Source: an uncultured bacterium (GTDB lineage Bacteria > Hydrogenedentota > Hydrogenedentia > Hydrogenedentales > JAEUWI01). Taken from it: DNA of 34,135 nt. The notes below the pieces were generated by a model. It saw only the letters and a program-made list of their open reading frames with translations, was not told the DNA's origin and did no database searches. The translations under genes and the position numbers were made by a program. Below, one piece after another: positions 26,036-34,135 of the stretch. The number at the start of each line of letters is the position of its first letter. Position 1 is the first letter of the stretch. The stretch is from positions 1-34,135 of the forward strand of contig CAXBPH010000044.1 in NCBI GenBank assembly GCA_963977445.1, read 5' to 3'.

Positions 26036-26680
26036 TTATCGGGCCAGCTTCATCAGGTTACCGCGATACTCTTTGCTCTTCTTCGAGTTACCATAGTCGG
26101 CTCGGTCACCAATATAGCCCCGCTGTGCGCGCTTGGCATCGGTCTCATCGGGGTTAATATCTTTGCGTGCTTCCCAAGCCTCATTGCGTGCCTGGCGAAT
26201 TTCACGGGCGTCCCGCTGGCGGATATCGATTTTGGTATCGCCTTCAAGGGGATAGTAGTCAACCGCTTTCTGGCCGGGGAAGAAATACCAGCTGAAGAGA
26301 AAATCGCTGCTGTTGCGCAAGAAAAAGTCCCGTTCGAGAATGGTATTTGCGGAACCGAGACGTTTGTAATCGCCCGCAGGGGGGACCGGAGCAAAAACAG
26401 CTCCGCGATATACGCTTTCGCCCAATTCTACCGTGCCGCGGCGAAGGCCACGCAATCCCTGTACGGAACCGAGTGCGGGTGTATGAAGATTCCCTTCCAG
26501 CAATTGGTCGCCCGTGTGGAAGACCAAGGACTTCGCACCACGATAGAGCCACTTATAGGGCCGCAGGGCCGGTTCCTCGGCGTTGCCAAATTGCCCGGTA
26601 TAGGCCGGTTCAACACTGTATCCTGGCAATGCGACGGCGGCCGTCGCCATAATCAAGATTCCTGTGAGAATGCGCATCAT
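26036..26680 (-). CDS. Exported hypothetical protein
   Basis: Signal-peptide-like MMRILTGILIMATAAVALPGYS, GGAAGGA RBS, candidate promoter TTGCTT-N17-TACTAT (26768-26740). No family recognised. Confidence 0.7.
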   Translation of the reverse strand: MMRILTGILIMATAAVALPGYSVEPAYTGQFGNAEEPALRPYKWLYRGAKSLVFHTGDQLLEGNLHTPALGSVQGLRGLRRGTVELGESVYRGAVFAPVPPAGDYKRLGSANTILERDFFLRNSSDFLFSWYFFPGQKAVDYYPLEGDTKIDIRQRDAREIRQARNEAWEARKDINPDETDAKRAQRGYIGDRADYGNSKKSKEYRGNLMKLAR

Positions 26681-26822
26681 ATTCCTTCCACGTACTTGGG
26701 GCTCGTTCCCCTGCCACAAATTTCAGGCTATTGGACTTTATAGTACCCCAAGCACCGGTCAAAAGCAATCGTTTTTCACAGATTATGTTAACTAAACAGG
26801 GCGGGCACTTCTCAATAGGTAT

Positions 26823-28289
26823 TCAGTTATTCCCCGTAAAACCAACGAAGTTTCGCCGACCGTTACCGAGGAAATAGCCGAAAAAGCTATGGAGACCATG
26901 GTATTTGGCCTTCACATCGGACCAGGAACTGATGTTCCGAAGCATACGGAATATCTGCGCCGGGCGGAGATAAAACTCCCGCAACCCAATGTCTACCAAT
27001 TCGTTGATGTCTTCGCTACTGAGGCCTTCGAGATTGATAGTGGGGGCCTGCTCGTAGTCGTCCGTCACCCAATCACGCCAGTCTTTAGGGATAAGCGCGC
27101 CATCCTTCTTCGCCCATTCATAATAGGACGTGCCGGGATAGGCCACGACACCCGTGAACTGGGCGGTGTCTATTTTGAGTTCTTTCGACATCTTAATGGT
27201 CTTCATGGCCGTTTCCCGGGATTCCTCGGGACCACCCACCATGAAACAACCATGAATACGAAGTTTGGCCTTGGCCGCATTCTCGGCGAAGGTATACATC
27301 TGATCAACCGTGGTGCCCTTTTTGGTGTTGTTCAGAATTTTCTGATCACCAAATTCAAAGCCCACGCACAACATACGGCAACCCGAACGCTTCATGAGAC
27401 GCAAGGTCTCCAGGTCATTCAAGTCCACCCGCGCATTGGCGCTCCAGGACAACTTGACGTCCCGACGGATAATTTCTTCACAAAGCAGCTGCAGTCGTTC
27501 GCGGGCAATACGCATGGTGAGTGTATCGTCTTCAAACATGACTTCCCGCAGGCCGGGGATGATTCTCTTGTTGTATTCCATTTCGTCAACGACCCGCTCC
27601 ACCGAATGGGTGCGATAGCGGTGGCCGTTCATCACCTGGGGAATCTGACAATAGGAACAGCGATAGCGACAACCCCGACCGGTAATAGCCGTAACGAAGG
27701 GGAATAGCTTTGCACCATCTTTGTAGTTATTCATATCCAGGTGATGCCAGGCAGGGAAGGGGAGTTCGTCTAAGTCCTCGATATAGGGCATATCGGGATT
27801 TTCTTTATACACGTCGCCATCCATGTAGGAGACGCCCTTGCAATCCTTTATCGCCGTGCCACCGGCCAAATCGCGCAATATATAGTCGAACTCGTGGCGA
27901 GCAACGCCATCCAGGACTCCGTTGGCGGATCGCAGGGTGGACTCGGGCTCAGCGGACACGTGGGGCCCGACCATAATGTGCGTCCCACCGACCGCTTCTT
28001 TGCACAGGCGCACGGATTCAATATCGGCGTAGATGGAGGGGGTGGTGGCCTGATAGACCGTCATGTCGGGCTTAAAATCTTTGAGGTGGCGCCGAATGAC
28101 CTCTTCCGTAGGCATATTCTGGGCCTGGCTGTCGAGAAACAGCAAATCATGGCCGTTGTGCTCTATTACGGCTGCAGCGGTGGCAAGATAGTCAGGGTGA
28201 CGTTGCACCCGACCCCGAGACCGGGCAAACCACCGGGCTGATTTGGTGAAGTCTTTCCCAAACATGGGATTAAGAACAGCTACCCGCAT
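26823..28289 (-). CDS. Cobalamin-binding radical SAM protein (HpnJ-like clade)
   Basis: N-terminal B12-binding-type domain (TTPSIYAD, VGPHVS), LDELPFP, GRGCRYRCSYC (CxxxCxxC), FEDDT, HGCFMVG, YPGT. Confidence 0.9.
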   Translation of the reverse strand: MRVAVLNPMFGKDFTKSARWFARSRGRVQRHPDYLATAAAVIEHNGHDLLFLDSQAQNMPTEEVIRRHLKDFKPDMTVYQATTPSIYADIESVRLCKEAVGGTHIMVGPHVSAEPESTLRSANGVLDGVARHEFDYILRDLAGGTAIKDCKGVSYMDGDVYKENPDMPYIEDLDELPFPAWHHLDMNNYKDGAKLFPFVTAITGRGCRYRCSYCQIPQVMNGHRYRTHSVERVVDEMEYNKRIIPGLREVMFEDDTLTMRIARERLQLLCEEIIRRDVKLSWSANARVDLNDLETLRLMKRSGCRMLCVGFEFGDQKILNNTKKGTTVDQMYTFAENAAKAKLRIHGCFMVGGPEESRETAMKTIKMSKELKIDTAQFTGVVAYPGTSYYEWAKKDGALIPKDWRDWVTDDYEQAPTINLEGLSSEDINELVDIGLREFYLRPAQIFRMLRNISSWSDVKAKYHGLHSFFGYFLGNGRRNFVGFTGNN

Positions 28290-28547
28290 TTTTCTGCACT
28301 CCTTGCATTAACTCCCCACCGGCACGATGGGTCATAAAGTAAACGACTCACTCGGTTCAGATATTTCCGGATCCGTCCAAAACCATCTGTATTTTTCCCA
28401 GTATGCTGCAGTATAGCACAAGAGAAATAAATAGGGGGGCAAAAGATTTTCAGGTAAACAGAACCCTGCCCGCTGGTCTATATATCGGCAGATTACGGAT
28501 ACTCCTGACCCGGGCGCAGATCGGGAACACCCGAATGCCAACGCCAC

Positions 28548-28997
28548 TCAATCCGCCCAGTAGTTGCCCAGATAGCGATCCGGCTCATTCTGGCCTTTGA
28601 GGATGGAACGTAGTTGGGTAGCAAAGGCAGGGCGCATGGTGCACTGTTCCAACGTATCGATCGGTATAAATGCAAATTCCACCACCCGCTCGTCAATGCC
28701 AATCTCGGGTCTGCCCTGCAGGATCGTCGCGAAGAAGTGAATGTTCACGATATGCCGATGATGATCGGGGGCAATGGAATCATTCATGAAACCAAAGGTG
28801 CCAACGGAGACGTCGAGGCACAATTCCTCTCGTAACTCGCGACATAGCGCGTCAGGCAAGGACTCCCCCTGATCCACACCACCACCGGGGAGCATCCAAT
28901 ACGATTGGCCATCCTTTTCATGACGTACCATCAGCACGGCGTTATCCTCCACAATAATGGCGGCCACCCGTATTCTGGGATGTAATTCAGAACTCAT
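28548..28997 (-). CDS. NUDIX hydrolase
   Basis: RIRVAAIIV, WMLPGGGVDQGESLPDALCRELREEL Nudix box. Likely start is ATG 28997 or GTG 29000, not 29450. Confidence 0.9.
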   Translation of the reverse strand: MSSELHPRIRVAAIIVEDNAVLMVRHEKDGQSYWMLPGGGVDQGESLPDALCRELREELCLDVSVGTFGFMNDSIAPDHHRHIVNIHFFATILQGRPEIGIDERVVEFAFIPIDTLEQCTMRPAFATQLRSILKGQNEPDRYLGNYWAD

Positions 28998-29083
28998 CAC
29001 GACGAATCTCTTTCCAGAGAATATCCATGGGCCTCTTCTAGGATGCCCAACAGCAAACCCGAAACGCGGTGGCCTTCGACGGG

Positions 29084-29112
29084 TTGCAATAGTGTATGTG
29101 GGTACGTAAGAT
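29084..29112 (+). promoter_or_regulatory. Candidate sigma70 promoter of the BNR protein gene
   Basis: TTGCAA-N17-TAAGAT. Confidence 0.4.
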
Positions 29113-29202
29113 GCATGATTGCCTTGCTCTGTGCCAGATGCGTGTTCAGAGCCTAAAATAACGAATTGACACGAGTCAAACTTAGAGAGAGGGAATGCGT
29201 TA

Positions 29203-30303
29203 ATGAATCTCGTCCAACTCAAAAAAATGGCCGTGCCAGTCACTCTTGGACTGGCCCTGGTATTGGGCATGTCGGCTGCCGAGGCCGAGTCAGATATTCT
29301 GACCCCCAAGCAGTTTGCAGACAACGTGCGCGAAGCCGGCGGCAGCGTGAGCTTCGTCTTTGGTGCCATACGCCCCTTCGACCAATGCCACGCCTCGACC
29401 ATTACCCAGGCCAGCGACGGTACACTCGTCACCGCCTGGTTTGGCGGCACACGGGAAAAAGGCGACGATGTCGGTATCTGGTCCTCCTATCTCGACGGTG
29501 AAAAATGGTCCGAGCCCGTGCAAGTGGCTAAGATCAACGAAACGCCCCACTGGAATCCCGTATTGATGACGGACGCCGATGGCAAGATACATCTCTTTTT
29601 CAAAGTAGGGCCAGAAATACCCCACTGGCAGACCTACTGGATGCATAGTGATGACGGCAAGACCTGGACCGAGGCCGAAGAACTCGTGGCCGGTGACCAC
29701 GGTGGCCGTGGCCCTGTGAAGAATAAGGCCATCATTCTGAGCGACGGCACTTGGCTCGCCCCGGCGTCGACCGAGTTAGACGGCTGGAATGCCTTCGCTG
29801 ACCGTTCTACCGATGGCGGCAAAACCTGGACACGCTCCGAAGACTTCGGCATCGACCACGACACGTTCTCGGGGAAAGGCGTGATTCAGCCCACCTTCTG
29901 GGAATCAACACCGGGCAATGTCCATGCCCTGCTCCGTTCGACCGATGGGAAGATCTGGCGCACCGATTCTGAAGATGGGGGAAAGACCTGGGCCAATATT
30001 TATGATTCCGGCCTCCCCAATAACAACAGCGGTGTTGATGCCCTGAAGCTCGACGACGGTCGGGTTCTGTTGGTATACAACAACGTCTCCGGCAACTGGA
30101 AAGCCCGTACTCCGCTGGCCTTCTCCGTTTCGAGTGACAATGGAAAAACCTGGAAGACCATAGCCAACCTGGAAGACGATGCTGACCTGAAGAGCGAATT
30201 CTCCTACCCGGCCATCATCAAGACCGACACGGGTATCGCCATCACCTACACCTTTCTGCGGGAGCGCGTCCGCTGCTGGCAGATTCCGCTGAGCGCCCTC
30301 TAA
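29203..30303 (+). CDS. Exported BNR/Asp-box sialidase-fold protein (BNR_2 type)
   Basis: Signal peptide, CHASTI, AWFGGTRE, WNPVL, Asp boxes SDDGKTW, STDGGKTW, SEDGGKTW and SSDNGKTW, IQPT, PNNNSG, RTPL, FSYP. Confidence 0.9.
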   Translation: MNLVQLKKMAVPVTLGLALVLGMSAAEAESDILTPKQFADNVREAGGSVSFVFGAIRPFDQCHASTITQASDGTLVTAWFGGTREKGDDVGIWSSYLDGEKWSEPVQVAKINETPHWNPVLMTDADGKIHLFFKVGPEIPHWQTYWMHSDDGKTWTEAEELVAGDHGGRGPVKNKAIILSDGTWLAPASTELDGWNAFADRSTDGGKTWTRSEDFGIDHDTFSGKGVIQPTFWESTPGNVHALLRSTDGKIWRTDSEDGGKTWANIYDSGLPNNNSGVDALKLDDGRVLLVYNNVSGNWKARTPLAFSVSSDNGKTWKTIANLEDDADLKSEFSYPAIIKTDTGIAITYTFLRERVRCWQIPLSAL

Positions 30304-30604
30304 ACGGTCCAGCGCACCACATAAGTCTCTATCGTCGGGGAGGGTTTCCAGGATACCCTTCCCGATTTCATTTTGTAGCTGCCCGACGTGGTTGTTGCCG
30401 TCCTTCGTGTCACATCCACCAGACATAAAGCTACGCCTCCTCGCTGCCGATAAAACACTTGTGTTGGATCGGTATTTGTGCCGTCGAGAACCTTTGCGGG
30501 ATTACTCTTGACATTCTTGCGCACAGGAACGATGCTGAAGTTGTGCTGCGGTAGTGCATGGTATACCGTAGCAATCTCAACGCTGCATTGCAGAAGGGCC
30601 AAGT

Positions 30605-33055
30605 ATGAAACGTGTCGCAAAAATCACATTGCCATACACGTTTTGCCTCTTTGCTGCCTTTGGCGGGGTCCTATTCCTCTCCAGCGTGGTCACCGGGATT
30701 CAAATCCACACAGACACCGCCAAGGCCCTTCCGAAACAAGCATTCCAGGTTCTCTCCGGGGGCCTCGACCGCAACGATGACGTTCTCAACGACCTCTTTC
30801 GCCCGGCACTTGACCACCTGCGGACCGGGCAGCAATGGCTGGTCCACGACACCCTGACCCGGGATAATTTCGAATCGTGGCCGGCCCTGCTGCTGCCACC
30901 GCTCGCCGAACAACCGCACATTCGCACAATCGGCGCCGTCAACGATGACGGGCCCCTATGGTCCGCCGAGCGTCTGGGTAACGCCTGGATCGGCACATGG
31001 CAGGGCGAAGTCGACGGCACCCCGGCCACTTTCCAGGCCGATTGGGACCTACACGGTCAACCACTGCCTGCGAGCCAACTCCCCCCAATGGGGAACAAAA
31101 AGCGATATGCTGCCGCACTCGAAAATCTCTCCGACCAGGATCTCGGGGCTCGGCACCGCGTCTATGTGGACGTACCACCAAGCACGGATTCCGAAAAGAC
31201 CATACTGCTGGCCATGGCGACCGGCAATGACGTAAATCAGTCCGCCATCGTGTTTGTTGAGTTGGAAACACCCTATGGCGCAACGCGCACAATCGCGAAC
31301 CAGGACGGTGTCGCCCTTCATCTTGATCCCAGGGGGCGTCGCATAGGCCAACTGGAACAGAGTCGAACCGCGGAAATACTCGTCGAGCAGGCAGTCCCTG
31401 ATCGGGCCAATCTTGCGTTGCGTACCCTTTTCCCAAGTGCCCACCCCGAAGAAACGCCCCAGTGGTATCTCGCCCGCCCTTTTTCCGTTGGACCCAATCA
31501 CACCTGGTGGAGCATAGCGTCAATCGGCCAGGACCAACTCCCCGCACCCACCTTACCTGTGTTTCGCTACGCCCTAACCGCACTACTCGTGGGCCTCTTC
31601 GGTGCCCTCATCGTAGCCATCTATCTCGGTTGGAAAATACGTGCGCCCCTGGCGCATATAGCACGACGGGCACGAACCATTCGTGAAATCGACGAACACT
31701 ATGTCCCGTGGCCCAAATCACGTTTAACGGAAGTAAACACCCTGACCAACGCCCTGGAAGAGCTCTATGAAACGGCTGTGGAGCATCTGGATTATCACGA
31801 AGCCCCCCTGGTCGTGTGGGCACAACCTGAAGCCCTCACCAGTTCCGACGGCATTGTAGATGCCCAGCCCTTGAAGCGCCATATCAATCTGCGGGCGACG
31901 TCTGAGCGGGATGAAATAAAGACGGAGGAGAACGGGTCGGCGGGTGCCGTGATCAACGTCGCCGGTCAGGCCAGTGGCGTACCCGCCGTGCCGACGGCAC
32001 AAATACAGGCCCTCCTTGGCACCCGAAAAGAGGTCCGGCGACTTCACGGCCAGTTGGCCGGAGCGTGTGAAGAACTCCGAACAGCCGATGCCCACGTTAA
32101 GGTAGGTGAGGAGCGCATGAAACGACAGCGCGCCACCCTCCGCCAGATTGATAAGCAATTCCATCGGGACAATACCATTTCAATCGACAATCTCCACTCC
32201 ATACGAGAATGTCTTGGTGCGCGAAGTGTGGCGCTATGGCGATTCCGAGGTGGGGTGGCTGGTACGCTCACCCTTCGCTTGTCCACGGAGTCTTCCCCCG
32301 ATACCACGCCCATTACGGCCGGAATTGTTCTTCGCGCCCTCCTGCAGGAAGAGCCCATTGTTTCGACGCGGGACGTACAGCAGGACCCCCGCCTGAGTGA
32401 CCTCGCCTGCCACCCCCAGTGGACGGAACGCCGGTGTCCGATGCTCATTGCGCCCTTGCGTTTCCGGAAGCGTATCTTGGGATTTCTACTGGTCGAACAT
32501 GGGCAGGCGATGGGATCGTGGAAAGTCGACGAGGAAACGTTCCTCATAAACTGTGCAACCCAGTGCACCATGGTCATCGCATCCAATCACCAGAATCCCT
32601 CGGTAACCGTAGCGCCGCAACACCCCTATGAAAACGGCAATGGAACAAAAAATGGCACGGCACCCGCCAGCGGCCACAAGAACGGAAATGGAAGCCATAC
32701 GAATGGCCACCACGACGAGCCGACGGAGACCGATCTGATCACCTGGGAAACGGATTTGGCGGGCTGTATCAAGTCTATTCAAGGCGATGTGCAGGGCATC
32801 TACGGCTATGCCATCAATTCCTTGATTGGTCAACCACTCACATTTTTGTCGTCCCGTGAAGAGGGCGACCGAGATCTCCTGCAGCTACGCCAGGTACTGT
32901 CCGGTGCCCCCTGCGTGGGCCACGAGTCTCACCACCAGCATGTCGATGGCACCACCATCACCCTTCGGGTCTGGGCAGAAGCACAGCGAGACGCCTCCGG
33001 CCGGGTCGTTGGTGTTCGTGGCACCGCATCGATTGCATCCATTCCCGCCCTCTGA
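30605..33055 (+). CDS. Membrane sensor: TM-extracytoplasmic domain-TM-HAMP-coiled coil-GAF-PAS/PAC, no output domain
   Basis: Two TM segments, HAMP (PLAHIA...EVNTLTNALEEL), GAF (LGARSVALW...DPRL...MLIAPL...LGFL...W..DEETFL), PAS/PAC (WETDLAG...IYGY...LIGQ...DG...RDASGRVVGVRG), then stop. Confidence 0.78.
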   Translation: MKRVAKITLPYTFCLFAAFGGVLFLSSVVTGIQIHTDTAKALPKQAFQVLSGGLDRNDDVLNDLFRPALDHLRTGQQWLVHDTLTRDNFESWPALLLPPLAEQPHIRTIGAVNDDGPLWSAERLGNAWIGTWQGEVDGTPATFQADWDLHGQPLPASQLPPMGNKKRYAAALENLSDQDLGARHRVYVDVPPSTDSEKTILLAMATGNDVNQSAIVFVELETPYGATRTIANQDGVALHLDPRGRRIGQLEQSRTAEILVEQAVPDRANLALRTLFPSAHPEETPQWYLARPFSVGPNHTWWSIASIGQDQLPAPTLPVFRYALTALLVGLFGALIVAIYLGWKIRAPLAHIARRARTIREIDEHYVPWPKSRLTEVNTLTNALEELYETAVEHLDYHEAPLVVWAQPEALTSSDGIVDAQPLKRHINLRATSERDEIKTEENGSAGAVINVAGQASGVPAVPTAQIQALLGTRKEVRRLHGQLAGACEELRTADAHVKVGEERMKRQRATLRQIDKQFHRDNTISIDNLHSIRECLGARSVALWRFRGGVAGTLTLRLSTESSPDTTPITAGIVLRALLQEEPIVSTRDVQQDPRLSDLACHPQWTERRCPMLIAPLRFRKRILGFLLVEHGQAMGSWKVDEETFLINCATQCTMVIASNHQNPSVTVAPQHPYENGNGTKNGTAPASGHKNGNGSHTNGHHDEPTETDLITWETDLAGCIKSIQGDVQGIYGYAINSLIGQPLTFLSSREEGDRDLLQLRQVLSGAPCVGHESHHQHVDGTTITLRVWAEAQRDASGRVVGVRGTASIASIPAL

Positions 33056-33363
33056 TCACCCTGTATCGCCCTTCCTGCGGCACGGTTGGCCCATAAGCCT
33101 GAACTTCCATGACGTGCGCCCATTATGGTATAACGTCCCTTGGTTTATGAATAGATTCCGAGTCGCCCCTCATCCCCGAGGGCCATCGGGTCATGACTTC
33201 CCACTTGGAGTACAAACGTGGCAAGCCGCAAGCCATTATCACGTGACCGAGCCTGATCATCGATGCCTTGGAAGCACTTAGACGTCCAATCTACGCGCGC
33301 TTGTGCACCTACCTGAAAACGATGGAATTTCATCGATTGCAATCTGGAAGGAGTAACTACAAC

Positions 33364-34135
33364 ATGTTTCGAACTATTACGCTGGGGTTAATGACGCTCG
33401 CGGGGGTCGTTGGTGCGACCCATGCCAGTGCCGACACCGCACCCTTTAAAATTGGTCTGTATGGCCAGGAAGTAGCCGAAAAATACACCACCGCTGATGG
33501 GCTCCCGTCGAATGACGTAGCCCATCTTTCTGTATTTGAAGGGCGCATCCAGGCAGTGACTGCCGAGGGTACCGCCCAGTTTGAAGACGGAAAGTGGGTT
33601 GCAGACCCCTATTCGACCCAGGATGTCCTCTTCAATGATGCCATCTGGCGTGATGATTACCGCATCATTGCCTCTGATCGCGGTCTCTTTCGTCGCGACA
33701 GCGCGGGGGAGGTCCTTGAGCTGGTACCCGGAGCCGCCGTACAACTGGCAGAGTCGCCCGAAGGCGTCATCTACGCAGCAACGAGCACCGGACTCTACGC
33801 CGGTGAGAATGAGACCTTCGAAGCCGTTAGCATCGAGGACGGCCTTGGTCGTTCCTGGGGCACGAGCGACGTTCGTGGCGTAGCCTTCGATACGAAAGGA
33901 CGTCTCTGGTTTGCCACGTTAGCAGGCGTAGGATGTCGCGAAGGAAATACCTGGACCTTCTACACCGGCAACGAAGGTCTGCCCTACAACGATTTTACCG
34001 GTGTGGCGACCACGCCCAACGGCGAAGTCTGGTTCAGCACCCACTTGGGTGCCGTCCGATTTAATGGCACCGAATGGTCCTATCGCCAGGGTGGACGCTG
34101 GCTGCCCCATGATGATATTCGTGATATCGCTGTTG
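33364..34135 (+). CDS. Exported beta-propeller protein with two-component-regulator propeller (Reg_prop)-like repeats; runs off the window end
   Basis: Hand translation MFRTITLGLMTLAGVVGATHASA..., YTTADGLPSNDV, DVRGVAFDTKGRLWFAT, EGLPYNDF, GEVWFST, WLPHDDIRDIAV. AAGGAG RBS and no stop before 34135. Confidence 0.85.
   Translation, partial: MFRTITLGLMTLAGVVGATHASADTAPFKIGLYGQEVAEKYTTADGLPSNDVAHLSVFEGRIQAVTAEGTAQFEDGKWVADPYSTQDVLFNDAIWRDDYRIIASDRGLFRRDSAGEVLELVPGAAVQLAESPEGVIYAATSTGLYAGENETFEAVSIEDGLGRSWGTSDVRGVAFDTKGRLWFATLAGVGCREGNTWTFYTGNEGLPYNDFTGVATTPNGEVWFSTHLGAVRFNGTEWSYRQGGRWLPHDDIRDIAV

Noticed and set aside
25967..26743. Plus-strand 258-aa hydrophobic ORF
   Set aside because: It overlaps the minus-strand ORF, which has a signal peptide, RBS and promoter and is better supported.
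28998..29450. 150-aa N-terminal extension of the NUDIX ORF
   Set aside because: It overlaps the divergent BNR gene and its promoter; the Nudix fold begins at 28997.
32826..33281. Frameshifted kinase continuation of the sensor
   Set aside because: The translation has no H-box or ATPase motifs, and the third frame closes soon after.

Overview
GC-rich bacterial chromosomal window that is mostly housekeeping and hypothetical genes; the taxon cannot be determined from the sequence alone. The left 9 kb is a DeoR-associated divergent catabolic locus. Leftward it has a SorE-like Zn-dependent reductase and a class II aldolase/SorD(SrlD)-like SDR fusion. Rightward it has the DeoR regulator, a lipoyl E2 with two subunit-binding domains and a fused E1 alpha-beta thiamine-diphosphate dehydrogenase, with no E3, kinase or transporter in the window. 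This is the best candidate for an undescribed system. Its co-directional gene junctions and left end each carry a different REP/REPIN-like palindrome. The rest of the window holds a YegD-like Hsp70, typA, a CgeB-like glycosyltransferase, DUF1569, an L,D-transpeptidase-family gene, serB, a membrane C39 peptidase, a stand-alone MORC-type GHKL ATPase, a GNAT/FemAB-like protein, an exported protein truncated by an IS481 remnant, leuS, an unannotated 50-aa hydrophobic ORF, a GGCT-family protein, an exported hypothetical protein, a B12-binding radical SAM enzyme, a NUDIX hydrolase, a BNR sialidase-fold protein, a membrane HAMP-GAF-PAS sensor with no output domain, and the start of an exported beta-propeller protein. 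No tRNA, rRNA or CRISPR array was seen. All family calls come from motif recognition by eye, not from database searches.
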